This document shows, one piece after another, positions 1 to 13,189 of a DNA stretch of 64,000 bases. Location of the stretch: positions 1,116,001-1,180,000 of the forward strand of contig JAYWIR010000010.1 in assembly GCA_036172245.1 (NCBI GenBank). The letters run 5' to 3'. The DNA comes from Raillietiella orientalis (Eukaryota). Numbering within the stretch: position 1 is the stretch's first letter; each line of letters begins with the position of its first letter. Both the position numbers and the translations under genes were made by a program. A model generated the notes under the pieces. The model saw only the letters and a program-made list of their open reading frames with translations, was not told where the DNA came from and searched no databases.

Positions 1-1009
1 GACAGCCGACCTTGGAATCCCGAAGCCAACTGAAGGTTGGGCAGTCCGAACGGTTTGCAACGAGCGACACTCGTCACGAAAAGCGACTGCTCCGGTACGC
101 TCAGGAAAAGATCAGGGAGAGTGTAACTCGGGAAGGAACTGTGGTACGAGTGCCTCTGGACATGACAAGCCATTATGAAAGACTCTGGCGCGAGGCGCGA
201 GGACGGGTAGATGGTTGGAATGCGTCTTCTCGTCCATACAGGGCAGACTGCCGCGTAAACCACAGGACGAAGGGAGCCGGAGATTTGGCAGTCGGATCTT
301 CCGCCAGGAGACGCTTCAGACAGCCCCATGATGCTCCATCTTGGAAATCTCTTGTGCGCGGGACGCGCGACTTGAACACGACAGCGAAAACCGCCGGAGC
401 GAGCGAGCGTATGGGGAGAAAGAAACCCAACCTCAAATCAGGTCGACTTGGCCATCTAGGACTGGACGGTAGACGGATCTGTGGGCAGAAGACAAGGACG
501 GAGACTCCCGGGTGGTTTTTCAGAAGAGGGGGGACAAAGCATTCTATTTCTTATACAGTAGACCCACGGTGAGGATTACATTGCGTTCTTTACCGAGAAC
601 ACCGTGACAAGAGGATGACAGCTGAGACAGGGAAAGTTTGTGACAGCTAAGAGCGTTTTCGCGCAGCCGTCAAAGAGGAGAATGAAATCGACCATTGCGG
701 AAACGTCCCAGTGTGGACGTCAGTGGCGTTTCGCGAAGGAGCAAGAGCCCACCCAATGCGTGGGAGCCCAAACATTCCAGTAGGAACGGAACGTTCGGTC
801 GAAGGCTCAGCGCTTCGCGGGCCGGTTCACAGACCACTGCGCGCGTGCGATCCAGAGGTCCACGCACCACCCCCTGCTTAGTCCGATTCCTGAGGAACCT
901 CGTTGTGCCTATCAAAGAACGAGCGATGGGACGCAGCAAGAATAATACAACTCACGAGGTGGACGAGGCCGGAGGAGTCCAACACAAAGACAAGGTCTCC
1001 GAGAAAATG

Positions 1010-1200
1010 GAAGGAGCGGCGGTGTGGATTACCGGCTTCCTGGTTTTCTGTCGGGATCGCCGGACCCAACGCCGCTTGCTCCAGGAAGAGGAACTTCGGT
1101 TTCCTGATTTGTGGTTCCCGGGTCCAGTAGAATCCATTGCTGAGGCATTTCCAGAATGTCAGTTCCATCCTTCATCTTATGCGTTGCCTGCTGCACAAGA
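1010..1200 (+). mobile_element. Possible MULE-type transposase remnant
   Basis: Translation DLWFPGPVESIAEAFPECQFHPSSY resembles the MULE motif DxxxGxxxAIxxxFPxxxHxxCxxH; only this one motif is seen. Confidence 0.2.
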
Positions 1201-1317
1201 ACACGTGCATCCTATTCGTCGGTTGAGATCGATGCTTAATGACAGGGATGCTTTCTTCGGAGGATGGAGGACCTTGAAGGCACGAATATAAGGACCTTAT
1301 AAGGAATGCGAAGAACT

Positions 1318-1440
1318 CGTTGGCGACCGCGTGGCTGCCCCACGAAGCGTCGTGGGCTCGATTCCCCCGTGGAGGATGGACTCCGAGAACGGGAGATGGT
1401 GCGTCATGGACTTCGAATCCCCCTGCAGGACTGACCCGCA
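1318..1440 (+). mobile_element. SINE family A, 5' head fragment
   Basis: TTGGCGACCGCGTGG (A-box-like), GGGCTCGATTCCC and GACTTCGAATCCCC (two B-box-like motifs) followed by CTGCAGGA; aligns by eye with the heads at 12257, 56393 and 60985. Confidence 0.6.
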
Positions 1441-2427
1441 GGATTCCGGCATGGCGCTTGTGAGCCCCGGAGACCGAGTGTTCCCGCTGGCTATCCCGAA
1501 TTCGGAGTGGACTTTCCGGACCTCTTTCGAGAATTACGGATCTCCAGTTGGTGTCATAAAGACCCCTCCTGAGACTCCTGCTCCAGTTTAAGATAAAAAA
1601 AAAAAAAATGAGGACCTTTTACCTTTGCTGTGTTTGCTCTTTGCCCCTATTTCAGGACTAAGATTGGTGATCGGGAACCCAACGCCACCACATGCCCACT
1701 TCCGGGCTCCGACCCACGACCAGAAATCGGTCCGAAAAGTCACTCGCAGTGAAAAGAGCAGAGTGTCTTCTCTTAAGAACCAGCAGCAGAGGCCATTCTG
1801 GCTTCGTCTGTGTCCACTGTCGTTGCTTTATCATCTCAAGCGAGATTTCTCGTTTCCCTTGAAAAGTGGCACTGTTGACTCCGTGTCGCAGTCCTCAGTG
1901 GACACAACAATTATGGGACGCACCCTCCTCCTGGGGTCCAGTCTCGAGGGGCTATGCAATGTGTCCCGTAGTGACTTTCTTAAGCTTGGGCACCCCAAGT
2001 TGGGTGCATCATCGCATAAAGGAGACTCGGCTGCTTGCAGCATTGCCGTTTGACGAATTTGGTCCTGGGGCATCTTCCGACTCGGACAGCCCCTGGACGA
2101 AGCGTGCTCTTGAGAGACGTGACGGCGGAGAAGTCTCCGTCTCTCATTCACGAATTTCTCTTCCGTTCCTCCTCGGAGTGACCTGACGCAAGACTTGCGA
2201 TTACCTGTCTATTCCCCAAGCGAATTCTACGTTAAGACCATTTGCGCACAAATCTTACGAGAGTGTGTAAACAGTAGAGGTCGCAGGACTCAATCCACTG
2301 GCGCCGCAAGCGGGAACAGGATATTCGTCTTTCGGGATGCCTAATACGTGCAACTTGCGTCTGCATATCGTCGATACTAGGGTGGTCTTTATTTTCTACT
2401 TCCTCATTTCTTTTTGCCACTTTTGAG

Positions 2428-2762
2428 TAGGTTATGTTAGGTAGGTGGGTAGTTTAGGTGAGGTTAGGCTCGTTGAGGTAGGTTAGCTTAGGTGGGGTAG
2501 GTTGCCAAAGGCAGGTTAGGTAGGTAGTTGAGTGGGTAGGTAGGTTGGGTTAGGTAAGTAGTTTGGTGAGTAGATTGGGTTGGCTAGGTAGGTGAGTAGC
2601 TTATGTTAGGTGGGGTCGGTTTAGGTAGGTTGGCTCTGGTTAGGAAGGTTAGTTTAGTTTAGATAGATTAGGTGGATCAGTACATTGGGTTTCATAGGTG
2701 GGTAATTTAGGTTCGGCGAGGTCCGGTTAGGTAGGATAGGTCGGGTTAGGTTAGGTTAGGTT
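2428..2762 (+). repeat. Degenerate interstitial (TTAGG)n / TAGG array
   Basis: ~335 bp of TAGG/TTAGG/TGGG variants ending in a perfect (TTAGG)3 at 2746-2760; TTAGG is the arthropod telomere repeat. Confidence 0.85.
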
Positions 2763-3319
2763 GTTTTTGTTTGGGCAATGAAATCGGAGCGTTTTGAAGG
2801 GGAACCTTTCAAACAGTCATGTCGACGCAGTGAGGAGCGACTTCAGAGGTATGCGGCTGTTGCCCGACAGGGTCGCCATGCAACGGGACCGTTGTCGAAA
2901 GGAGGGCTACAATGATTGGTTCCTCCTTTCGCTCAGTCATTTTTTCGCTGCCGTTTCCACTGCGAGTCTTTTGCCGCTTTCCCTTACGGCTGCCTTCCTG
3001 TTTCTGTGCTTCCACGCCGCCTCTCTTTGGCGGGTCGCGTGCCTTCCCGTCGGGGCGCGACCCCAGACAGGTGCGTACCCATGCGGATCGTCTCGGGCCG
3101 GAATGTTCTGTGGCTGCTGCTGCTGGTTGCGGTTTCGGCGCAGCTGAGCTCTTCTTAGGCAGCAGCGTAGCCGCGCCGCTGCCTCAGTTATGTTGAACGA
3201 GATGACATTTGGAACTCCCAGCTATCTGCAAGGCCGTACGAGCGCGTGGCTTCTCTCGGGCTGGATGCTGTGCGGCAGCATCCAGATCTCTCGCGATGTG
3301 CGCCGGTCGGGCGGCCCTT

Positions 3320-3960
3320 CGTAAACCCTGGTAGCTCCTTACCAAGTACCAAGGGACGGAACGACCACGCTGAAGAGGTGGTAGGAAATGAGTTCCGTAG
3401 CTCTTTGTTCCTCCTCCCGCCGTCTTCCTGAAAGCTCTTCACAGAAGCCAATTGGGAAGAAGTCGTCACCTGTAGGAAGCGTAGGGAGTTGATCCCTTGT
3501 GGGTACCTATGGTCACTCAGTGTCCCTCGGGTAGTCCCGGTGGCATCCGGCATTCCTGGACGAGCCGGTGTCCTTCACGCTGGAGCATTAGTGATCTCTC
3601 GAGAATCGGGGTAGAGAGGTGGGGTGGGTGGGAACGGGGGCAAGGATCGGGATTGGGAGCAAGGAAGAAGAAGGGAACTCGCCGCCGAGTTCCCCGGTCT
3701 CCAAGAATGGCTCCTCCCTCTCAGTGGGGGGTATGGGAGTTTAGTCCTCTCTCTGTAAGGCAATGAGGGACGGACGCCCCCCGGGAGCACCCTTCCGCCC
3801 GTCCCTCTGTTGTCAGAGTCCCATCCCATCCGATGTACCCTCCTCCCCATCCCTTTACGAGCAGGAGGTCCGCCGCAAGGCGGCAGCGGTTCCCGAACCT
3901 TTACCTGAGCAGCCGTCCCGCTTGTTTTCCCCCCTCGCCCGCAGTGCTGCCGGACGTTTT
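3320..3960 (+). mobile_element. Decayed non-LTR retrotransposon RT fragment
   Basis: Motifs in the expected order across frameshifts: FRSSLFLLPPSS*KLF (cf. YRPISLLP..SKLFE), RWHPAFLDE (cf. VWH..LL.KL), RPSVVRV and PLRAGGPPQG (cf. R...VRV...L.AGVPQGS). Confidence 0.45.
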
Positions 3961-5550
3961 CCCCCTCCTCTTCCCAGCATTCGAAAGGAACCAGTTCTCT
4001 AAAGTTGGCACCGGCAAGATCCGTTGAGGAGGTGATTCCCGCCGGGCGCAACGGGCGGCTCAGGCAGGCGGGCGTTCCCGTCCCCGCGCGCGAGACGGAT
4101 CAATGCCGGCAGGGAGACGCCTCCGGCGCAGCTACCTCGGCGCGCGGGAGGAAGGGACGATCCATCACGGTTCAGGGAAAGCAATCGCAACAAATTTGAT
4201 TTCGGCTGACGTCGGGCGCCACGGGAGAATTCCTTAACCTTTTATGGTTCTTATCTCCCGTCGTCTTAATCCAATCAAACGCAGCATCTTTCCGTCCGGA
4301 TGAGAAATTAATTGGTAGTTTCCGTGGCGTTTCCGATCCGGGGATCCCCCCCAAGTGTCTTTGGAACTCCCGGAAATTGCTGGCTGGTCTCCTGTGGGAA
4401 AACCGAAGTTGGGCGCAAATTTAATATCCCCTGCGGCGCGGTGCGAGACGGCTGCGCGGAGCGACATGCGCAGAGATAATGCAGACATCATAATTTTATT
4501 AGCTGCGACGTTGGCGCGCTCCCTTTTCCCGTCTGCGCCCGGATGAAAGTTGCCCTCGATCCGGCGCCGCTCCCCCGGAGATGAAAGTTGCTGCTTATCG
4601 GCCTGACGGGCCCTCGACCGTCCTCGGCGGGGACGGCAGGGGGGCCGGAGAGGACTCGCACAGAAAGGGTTTCTCCTCCGCGCGCGCTTCTCCTCCGGGG
4701 CGATCACGAGGGGCCAGAGGGAGCGGCTGAGGGAAAAGGGGGAAAGCCGCTTCCGGGGTTGGCGTCCAGACGGGTCGTCTGGATCCCTGCGTGCGGGCGA
4801 GGCGGATGCGGCGAATACGCGCGGGTAGGTGCAAGGTCCGGAGCCCTTGTCCTGTTCTTTCCGGAAGCGCGCGGGCGGAGGGCGGAAACCTCCCGGAGAA
4901 GTCGTCCCTCAGGCTGGGCCCGGGAGCACACGAGTCGATCTACGCCTAAGAGGGCGGGAAGACCCCTCTTTTCCATAGTCCGCGAGCCTGGGCGCACCGT
5001 GAGGGGAAGGCGGAGCAGCGCCTTCGACGAGCTTGGGGGAAGGAGGACGGGAGCGCAGAAACACCGCAGACCCCAAAGCGTCCATGTGTACGAGGTGAAT
5101 CTTGTGGATGGTCCCGGGCTGGGGAACGGCGGCTGCCACCTCCCCAGAAGACTTGGGACTCCTTTCCTCCTCCTTGGTGGCCTGGGAGGAGCGGCTCGCC
5201 ACCCTTTTGTGAGTTTGCCCTACGACTTCCTCCGGCATCGTTCACGAGCTGCTCCTCCCCGGTGAGATTCCGGTGAGACCGGAGAAACTGCCCCCCAGGC
5301 GGCATCGTCGCGGATGGAAAGACTGTCCATTCCATCCGCCGGCTCGCCTCGTAAGTCGAGGGTCCTCCGACGTGTCCAGACCAGGATCCCCATGCAGCGC
5401 TACTTGCTCGCCCCCTCCCCTGGAATCCGTGGCCGCCCGAAGCGCCGAGCCGCGCAATGGACTCCCTCAAGCGCTCTCCTTGTTTCCGGTTCGTTGGGCT
5501 CTCAAGAACCGTCCTGCCTATGGGCTCACTAAGCCCTTGAAACTGTTCGC

Positions 5551-6195
5551 GCCACCCAAGGGACTCTTTGGTGAGACTCTTCAGGTTAGGGGGGAGACCA
5601 CGGAGAGACCACCCTATGAATCCAAGAAGGCTCCGGAGGGAGGAGAACGTTCTTCTTATTCCTGGGAGGAGGCCACGAATGGAAACCCCGCTCTGGTTCT
5701 CCAGAAAGGGACCCCTGGTTTGCAGAGGCCATTCCTCATTTCTTTTCCGAAGAGAACCCGCAAGGGAACCGCTCCTTGTTGATGCTCCTCTGAAGAGAAC
5801 CCCTAAGGGACACTTCCCAATTTCTCTGGAGGACGCTCCCCGAAAGGAGAAGCGCTTTTGAGGGGCAACCCCGAGGGTGTATCAACCAGCTCCGTGGAAC
5901 ATGACGGAGAGTCCCCCTCCTCGGGAAGGGATGGTTTCCTTTTCACAACCGGAAGGGAATCCGGAAGCACTCCTTGCTGTCCGGGAAGGACCCCAGAGGA
6001 TCAACTTCCAATCGCAGCCACTCAAGGGGGCATCCGGGAGTTTCCGGCTTCCACCAGTGCCGCTCCCGAATAAGTCAAGCAATGCCATCCTGCGAGAGGG
6101 AATTCGAAACCTGCAACGATGTGCCCCCCGTTCTCGGCGCCGAGCCTTCCCCCGGTAGGATTTGAACCCGCGAAGTGCGCGGCCGCGCGCGGGCC
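5551..6195 (-). mobile_element. SINE family A, near full-length copy
   Basis: Reverse complement is similar along its length to 12257-12910; B-box-like GGGTTCAAATCC and GGTTTCGAATTCC; shares CCCTATGAATCCAAGAAGGCTCCGGAG with other copies. Confidence 0.8.
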
Positions 6196-9100
6196 TCTTC
6201 TTCCCAGTGCGCTGCAGAAAATCTCCTGCCCTGAGTGGGGGTGGCGCGGACGCCCCACGCAACCGTTCCTCGGAATTCTCCTTCTGTTCCAGGCACCGAA
6301 CTCTCTCCTAGGGTTGCCAGTCCTCAAAAGCTCTTTTGGCGAAAGCTTGAACGAATGATTGCCGTTGGCTACTCTTTTTTTTTTTTTTCTCTTGGCAAAG
6401 CGATTTTTGAAAAGAGGGGAAAGTGAGAGGACTTGCCTTCTTCGGGAGTTTCTCTTCATCGGAGCCACGTCCCTTCCTCCGAAAAGGTGGCGAAGAGCCG
6501 GAGCACCGGCTCTCCGGGTTCCGCTGCTTGGAAACCTCGCATCCGTCAAGGCCAGTCCTTCAGCGAAGCATACACTCCCCGAGCCATCCATCGATCCCGG
6601 GTCCCTCCGTTCACTCCGAGTGTGGGTTTGTCGCAGTCCGCAGAAACCGGCGCGAATCGGAGCGGATCCCCACAGCACGAGGATCCCGAGCGACAGCGAA
6701 GGACCCCCCGGCCTCGGGCGCGCGGACTGCGCTGCAAGCCGCGCGAGACCCGATCGGTCGCCCGCGAAGGGGGCAGGTTCGGCGGACGACGCCCAGGCGG
6801 CGTCCCCGCCGAGCAGCACGCAGCGTGCGCTGCAAGGTGCGCCCCCTCCCCCCCGACCTCCCCTTCGGGAACACTCTTCCCGAAACGAAGTCGAGGAAAC
6901 CAAAGATCCATAAAATATCAGGAGTGATCCTGCGGGAAGAAGATCGGAGGCACAATTTGGAATATCTATTTGCCTCCCCGATCCCCATCTGTCACTTTTT
7001 CCCGTGAGTTCCCCTTCCGAGGTGTTCGGCACGTGACGCTCGCATTCGCTCCCTACGGCTGAAACCACCTGCTTTTCCGTGGAAGCTCCCGAAGCGGAAT
7101 TTTCGGGAACACGAGAATAGGTTTTTTTTTCCTCTTCTTCTTTCTCTCCCCCCCCCCCCCTGCACGGTGCAAACCGGGAACCGAACGGCGAGGGGATGTG
7201 GACCCGGGCCAGCGAACGCACTTCGGGATCCCGGAAATTCCGGATCGAGCAGCGGGCGCCCGTCGGAGGATGCGAAAGTGCCATGCAAGAAAGGCGCGCC
7301 CGTTTCTAACCCTCCGGACTTCGGGAAACCGGGACTCCTGGGAGATCGGAACCCAGCGGAAAGGGCGAGCTCAGGATCGCGGGCGTCCCTTTCCACCGCG
7401 TTCGTCTTCGACGCCTCCTATTTCCTCGCTCCCGCACCTGAAGTCCCCCTCGCGGACGTTTCTCGACGGCGCATTTCCGATCTGGATTTTCCGATTTCGG
7501 TCGCGGCTCGCCGCCACGGCGCGTGCGCGCCGCCGGCCGACGACGACGGAGCGCCAGGAGACATTGCATCCTTCGTCGGGGACACGAATCTCTCGCAGAT
7601 TTCCCTTGCCCGCGGGAGCTCACGAAAGGTAGGGGGCAGCGAGCGGACGTTGGGGCTTCCACCGCAATAGGATGCACACGGAACCTCGGCACAACGCCGC
7701 CCTGCGGAAGACTGCGGAAGCTTGCACACCAACGGCCGGGAACACAGCATGCAGCGTCGGAATGGTCCCGTCGTTCTTGCAGCTTTTCCTCTTTGTCTTC
7801 TTCGCGGATCGGTCGGGAAATCCAACGGCGGAAACCCCGAGACGTCGTCCCTTGAGTATGGAAGCAGCGGTTCGGAAGGTTTGTCCGGGAGCAAGCAGGA
7901 CGCACGAGCTGAGAAGTCTTACGTAGCGTCAGCATCAAGATCGGGAGCCGGGGGAAGGGGAGGGGAGCGGTTTCCAGCCCTGCGGGCAGCGGAACGATTG
8001 GCTGTTGCCATCCGTCTTCAGCTCATCGCCCGCGTTAATAATTGAGGACCCCGTCCAAGCGCACTTCATCCAGAGCGGAAAGCACCAGCGGAACATCTCG
8101 CGTGCGCTTCGCAGCTCTTGGCGCAAGAGGGACGCACGGCAGCGCCTGTTGGTCTCGCGTATCCAAGGCCCTGCGAGCCCAAGGGAGAGAGTCCCACTGC
8201 CTCACTCTGCGGCCACTGCTCAAACGGGAGACAGCGTCTTCCCGCTCAAGAATAGCGACAGATGTAGTGAGTGGATTCGTATTTATTACCCGAAGAAAAG
8301 GAATGCCGCGTTTGGAGGGTTCTTTAATGTTTTATGAGAATGGGAACTTCGACGGGAAGGCAGCGGGTAATTTGAAAGGTACATGCAACCGATCAGATGC
8401 TGCAAGCGCAGCACTTCTTGGGTGCCGTGAACAACGCAGGGAGGCTCTTCAGATAAGCGGAGCGGAAGACATTGCCACAACGTTACAAGCAGTGGCTGCA
8501 AAAGGAGTCATTCCGATTCGCTTCCTTCCCTTGTCGGCTGACCGGGGGCTTCCAGACAACGAACGACCTCGACGCGAAACCCAAACCTCGGAAGTTCGCA
8601 AGCGGGACGCTTCAGAAGAGAAGAAGATGCAAGTGGATGCTTCCCGGAAAGTCGGAAGAGACTTGGCAGTGCGTCGCTGGAGCAATCGGGAGAAGAGCGC
8701 TCGGCGAAGCGCAGGAGGAGCAAGGCGAACCTATGTCGCACGTGTCACGCAGCGAGCGAAGGAATCTCCCGGCTCCGACCTTTTCTCCGGAAGGGAATTC
8801 CCGAAGGGTCCACGGATGAAACACGCAGCGCCCCGTTCCCGCATCGAATCTACTGGATCCTTTTGCGAAACCAACCTGTGGACCCTCGGCAGAGAGAAAC
8901 GGCCGCAACCGAGAAGTTGACTTGCAAACAGAAACGGAAGTCACGTCAGTCACATTCTCCAGAACGGCGGAGCCACTCGGTTCTCCAAAGGGGCTCGGAA
9001 TGCTGGAACCGTGCGCTTGTCCTCTCGCTCCCCGGAACCCAGGAGGCGCGATCGCCGTTTGGTCACGAGGATCTTCACATCCCGAGAACGATGGTTGTTC

Positions 9101-9849
9101 TGCGAGAAACTGAAAACTCCCAGAGCTCATGTAGGGTGGCAACTCGACGACTGATGGTGCTACGTGAACATCCCAGGCAACCGACTGGACGCGCTCTCTG
9201 TCAACGACCTACATAGTCGGGTCCCCCAGGAGAAGGGCAGACCGATCTTTAGTCCCAAGCAAACGCTGAAACTCGGGAGCACAGGGCGTGTAAAGAGCAG
9301 CAAAGGACCCTGGGGCCGAGTGGCAGGTGGCTAAGAACATTGTTCTGTGAAGCTGCTCGCCTCAGCAATGCCGCGATCTGGCGCGAGGGCGAGGCGCAGC
9401 CAAAAAGCAGCCTTGGCGCAGCGGCGGAAACCCCGGCTCCTCGAGGAAGGCTGCGGGTTCGGATCATCCCGGAGATCCGCAGAGTCCTGCTCCCTCAAAG
9501 GAAGCACTCTTGCTACCCTTATATACCCCCAGTCAGAAGCCCACCTAACTCTGCCAAATTTCCAGCAGAGCAGGTTGATCAAGCGGTGGAAGCTGTGGAA
9601 AAAATCCTCGCGTTTCATCACGCAATCCCTGCTCTTATAAATCTTCCCTGACGAGAAAAGATGAAAAAAAGATGTTCGAAACTCCCACACGCTCCGTGGA
9701 ATTTGCGAGAGATCACTTCATCTTCGGGATTCCTGAAGGAGCAAACAAGATCGACGTGAGCCACACAGCTGCGATGACAGCCCCGGTAAATATCATCTCC
9801 CTGGCAACACCGAGATCTCTTGATCGCGGTTCACGATTGAGGAAACGAC

Positions 9850-10120
9850 TGGGAACAGATGCGAAGAATTCTTCTACAGGTGCAGCGCGTGAAGGTGAAC
9901 GATCAAGGGGAAACAGCAGCATGGAGACCCGACCGCCACCACCACCAAAGACGATTACCGAAAGCAACGGCGTGGAATTTCCCTGTCCACAAGAATCAAA
10001 GGAACACACTCCTTCGATATAGAGAGAATCAGTGCAAGGAAAAACCGGGAAGTAGAAGGATGCTGGGTCTAGACGTCCGCTCACCCTTTCAGGAGGTTCG
10101 AACAAACAGCGCCTCATAGC
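9850..10120 (+). mobile_element. Possible Penelope-like RT remnant
   Basis: MLGLDVRSPFQEV resembles the PLE RT motif xxSxDVxSLFTxVP; upstream similarity is weak. Confidence 0.2.
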
Positions 10121-11479
10121 CCAAAATTTCCCCAGTCTTTTCAAAAAAGGTCCCGTTTACTACGAGCCCCCTATTGAGTTGGTTTCCCGATTCGTGGTAA
10201 CTCAAATCTTTCCCCGTTGGATTTTGCTCCTCGAACATGAATCTTCAGATATCTTTTTTTCCAGGAGCCACTGCTTCCTCTGATGTTGCCTAAAGTTTAA
10301 AAGGATGTCGCGGGTCCATTTGTGAGCCACATTTCAGCGTCCTTCGTGTGGGTGCGAAAGCGCTATCAAGTGCTCCTCTTCCGTGTCTGCGCCAGAGCTC
10401 CAGGTCTGCGCCAACCCTTACCGTCCCGAAGGGCAGACTTCCGTCTGGCCACAACAGGGCACTCGAGGCGGCGTCACTGGCATCTCAGCAAGGAGTAAAC
10501 GCGCAAAAGGTCTCGGGCGGTAAGCTCTGCTGAGAATAATGTGGGGGTCCGGAGATGTGAGCAGCCTCGCGCATGCTGGATGTCACAAGAATGACGACAT
10601 ATAAAAAAAAAAAAAGAAAAACCGCAGTGCGCAACGAACGCAGAGCGGTGGCAAAAGACGTGCTGACGTACTCGCAGACGCAAAGAGTCCCCAAGGATCA
10701 TTGGAACGATCAAGTGCAAATACATTAGGCTGGAGGTGTGTGCAGAAAGGTGGCTCGAGGCAAGCGAAAATATCATGCCGGGTAGTGCAGGAAGGGCGGC
10801 GCGGCCTGGCTGACGTCACGCACGCTCGTCGGGGTCGCGCAGCGGGATGACGCGGGGCTGGACAACCAGCGTCCCGTTGCGGCGGAGACGTGAGGAGAGA
10901 AAGGCTGCCTTCCACCGGGGGGCGGGGCAGCATCCACATCCCCGAAAGATGGGACTTCCGGTCGCGCTCGCTTCTTCATCGAAGCAAGCAGGGAATGGAT
11001 TCACTCCTTCAAACATCATCGTGCGTTCAAGTGAACGGAACTCTCAGCACAGCACACATTTGTAATCGTACTGATTTTTTTTTTTTTTTTTTTTTTTGGG
11101 GGGGGGGGAAGTACGTGCGTTCGCTACTTCCTCTTTACCGGGAACATCACGCAATAGGGAGAAAAATATATATATATATATTCCCATCGAAAACTCACAC
11201 ACGAAACGACACGTGTACAAAATAAACACAGGTCCCTACAGAGACAAACATCCACGAATAGACGCACGTACACATACACAGATACACAGGCAAAGATGCA
11301 TTTACGTTTAGGGTGGCCCTTCGTTCGGTACCTTCCGGTTCTCGCAGAGGGTTCGCCCAAAGGAAACTTCGTGTCAACGAGCGTCTTTCGAGTGTCTTTG
11401 GGGCTCGTGGCGAGTTGCCATCGTGTCCGTTGGCTCATCGGCTCGGGAGGATGCGCTCGTAGCAGAAGCGGTGCATCGC

Positions 11480-11870
11480 ATCATCGTCTTGATGATGCGT
11501 TGCCATTCCGAATTGTCCGGTGGCACTTTTCAAATTTTGCACGGGAAGCTCCTATTGAAGAAGGGAAACCGTTTCCTACCATCGTGGAGAAACTTCTAGA
11601 ACCTTCTTTGAAAACAGTTATGACGACACAAGCTCGCAGGTCCGCATTATCTATTGGTTAGCGGAAATGACGTAAGAGATGGCAAGCTTACTTACACCCT
11701 AAGTGTTCACACTGCCGATACTTACGATGGGCGCTTCAGCATGCGGTTCCCTTCCGACAAGATGACTGCCTACAGCAGCTGAGCCGAGCTCTTCTGACGG
11801 GCGAAAAAGGAAAAGAAACACCGTCAGCAGGTGGTCTCAAGCTTGAGAGATCTCCAGATGGGTGCGGAAG
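11480..11870 (-). mobile_element. Mutator-like transposase C-terminal remnant
   Basis: Minus strand reads GDLSS..LL/RC and then ACVVITVFKEGSRSFSTMVGNGFPSSIG, similar to the DLS...LL.RC and AV..FNEG...M...G motifs of arthropod Mutator-like transposases. Confidence 0.35.
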
Positions 11871-12256
11871 CAGGGTAATTTCTCGTCGAGCACGTGATTG
11901 GGGGAAAATCACACTCTCGATCTCGCCACGTGACAAGCGATCATCTTTCTTCGGTCGCCGCCATCTTGTCTTCCCGGAAGGATGCCCTCTTTCCAAAACT
12001 TCGTTCGATTTCGACGAGCTGCTTTTTGAGGTTTCCGAGGAATGCGGCGAATCCCGCCGGTCGGAGGGCACGGAGATTTCACAGGCAGGCAGGAGGATGA
12101 CCCTCTAGCTATCGAAGTGGGAAGCGGTGGCTCCGGACTCCGAGGTTGGGGTGGGGAACTCAAACCCGCAGTTCGGGGACGCGTGGAGAAGCATCACGAG
12201 AAGACATCACAACTGATCTTCGTTCTCAACGGACGAAGACGTGGAGACGAACCGAA

Positions 12257-12910
12257 AGGCCCGCGTTGGCGGCCTCCTCGCGCGCGGCACCAAGAGTCGC
12301 GTGTTCCAATCCCTCCGGGGGAAGGATCGATGGCGAGAAATGCGTTGGTCGTGGGTTCCGAGTCCCCACCGCAGGATGACGCTGGTTGCCCGATACGGGT
12401 TTGATGGCACTGAAGAAAGCCGGAAACCCATGGATGTCACCATTGACCGGCCAGGATTGGAATTCGACCCTCCGGTGTCCTTCCAGGAATCAAGGAGTTC
12501 CTCAGGGTTTCCCTCCGGTCGCGAAAAGGGAGCCGTCGCATGCTCATGAAGCTGGTTGATTCCCTCCTCGGGGCTGTCTCTCCAAGATGTCCAAGAAGCG
12601 TGCTGATACCGTCGGGAAGCTCCCCCAGAGAAATCGGGAAGTGCCCCTTCAGCGTTCTCTTGGAAGGAGCACCAACAAGAAGCGGTTCCCTTGAGAGTTG
12701 CCTTCGGAGAAGAAATCAGGAGCGGCCCCTACAAATCGGAGGTCCCTCCGGAGAGAACAAGGAAGCAGATCTCTTCGGTTGTCTTCGGGGATCCTCTACC
12801 AAGGGTCAAAGGAGCAGACTCCCTCCGGAGCCCTCTTGTATTCACAAGGTGCTTCCCTCCCGGGGTACCTCCTACTCCCTTGAGTGACACGCACCCTCCG
12901 TTGGCGTAAA
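12257..12910 (+). mobile_element. SINE family A, full-length copy (~650 bp, tRNA-derived head)
   Basis: TTGGCGGCC head, GTTCCAATCCC and GGTTCCGAGTCCCC B-box-like motifs; body and tail (GAGTGACACGCACCCTC..TGGCGT) are shared with other loci in the window. Confidence 0.85.
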
Positions 12911-13189
12911 CGGTGCTTCAAGAGCTGCGTGAGGCCCACCCTAAGGAGGCGAATAGTTCTTCAGCACTTGGCGAACCCCCCTCTCCCCCCTCAAAAAAAA
13001 AATTGCTGGGCGGAAAGCAGCGAAAGCAGAACCCGGAAGAATTTCTATCCACGGGGGGTTGCCACTGCTTCACGGAGCCACCGTGGAGAAAGGTGGAATA
13101 AATTTCTTCTCTGGAGAGCGAGCGACAGCGAAGGGAGAGAATTGCCTTCCTGGCAGAGGAAGGGGCTGCTGCTGCCGCTCAGGCTCCCT

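Noticed and set aside
6022..7284. 420 aa ORF and other long ORFs (16954-18039, 8042-8920, 52620-53642)
   Set aside because: Arg/Pro/Ser/Gly-rich, overlapping in several frames, no recognisable domains; expected by chance in GC-rich DNA.
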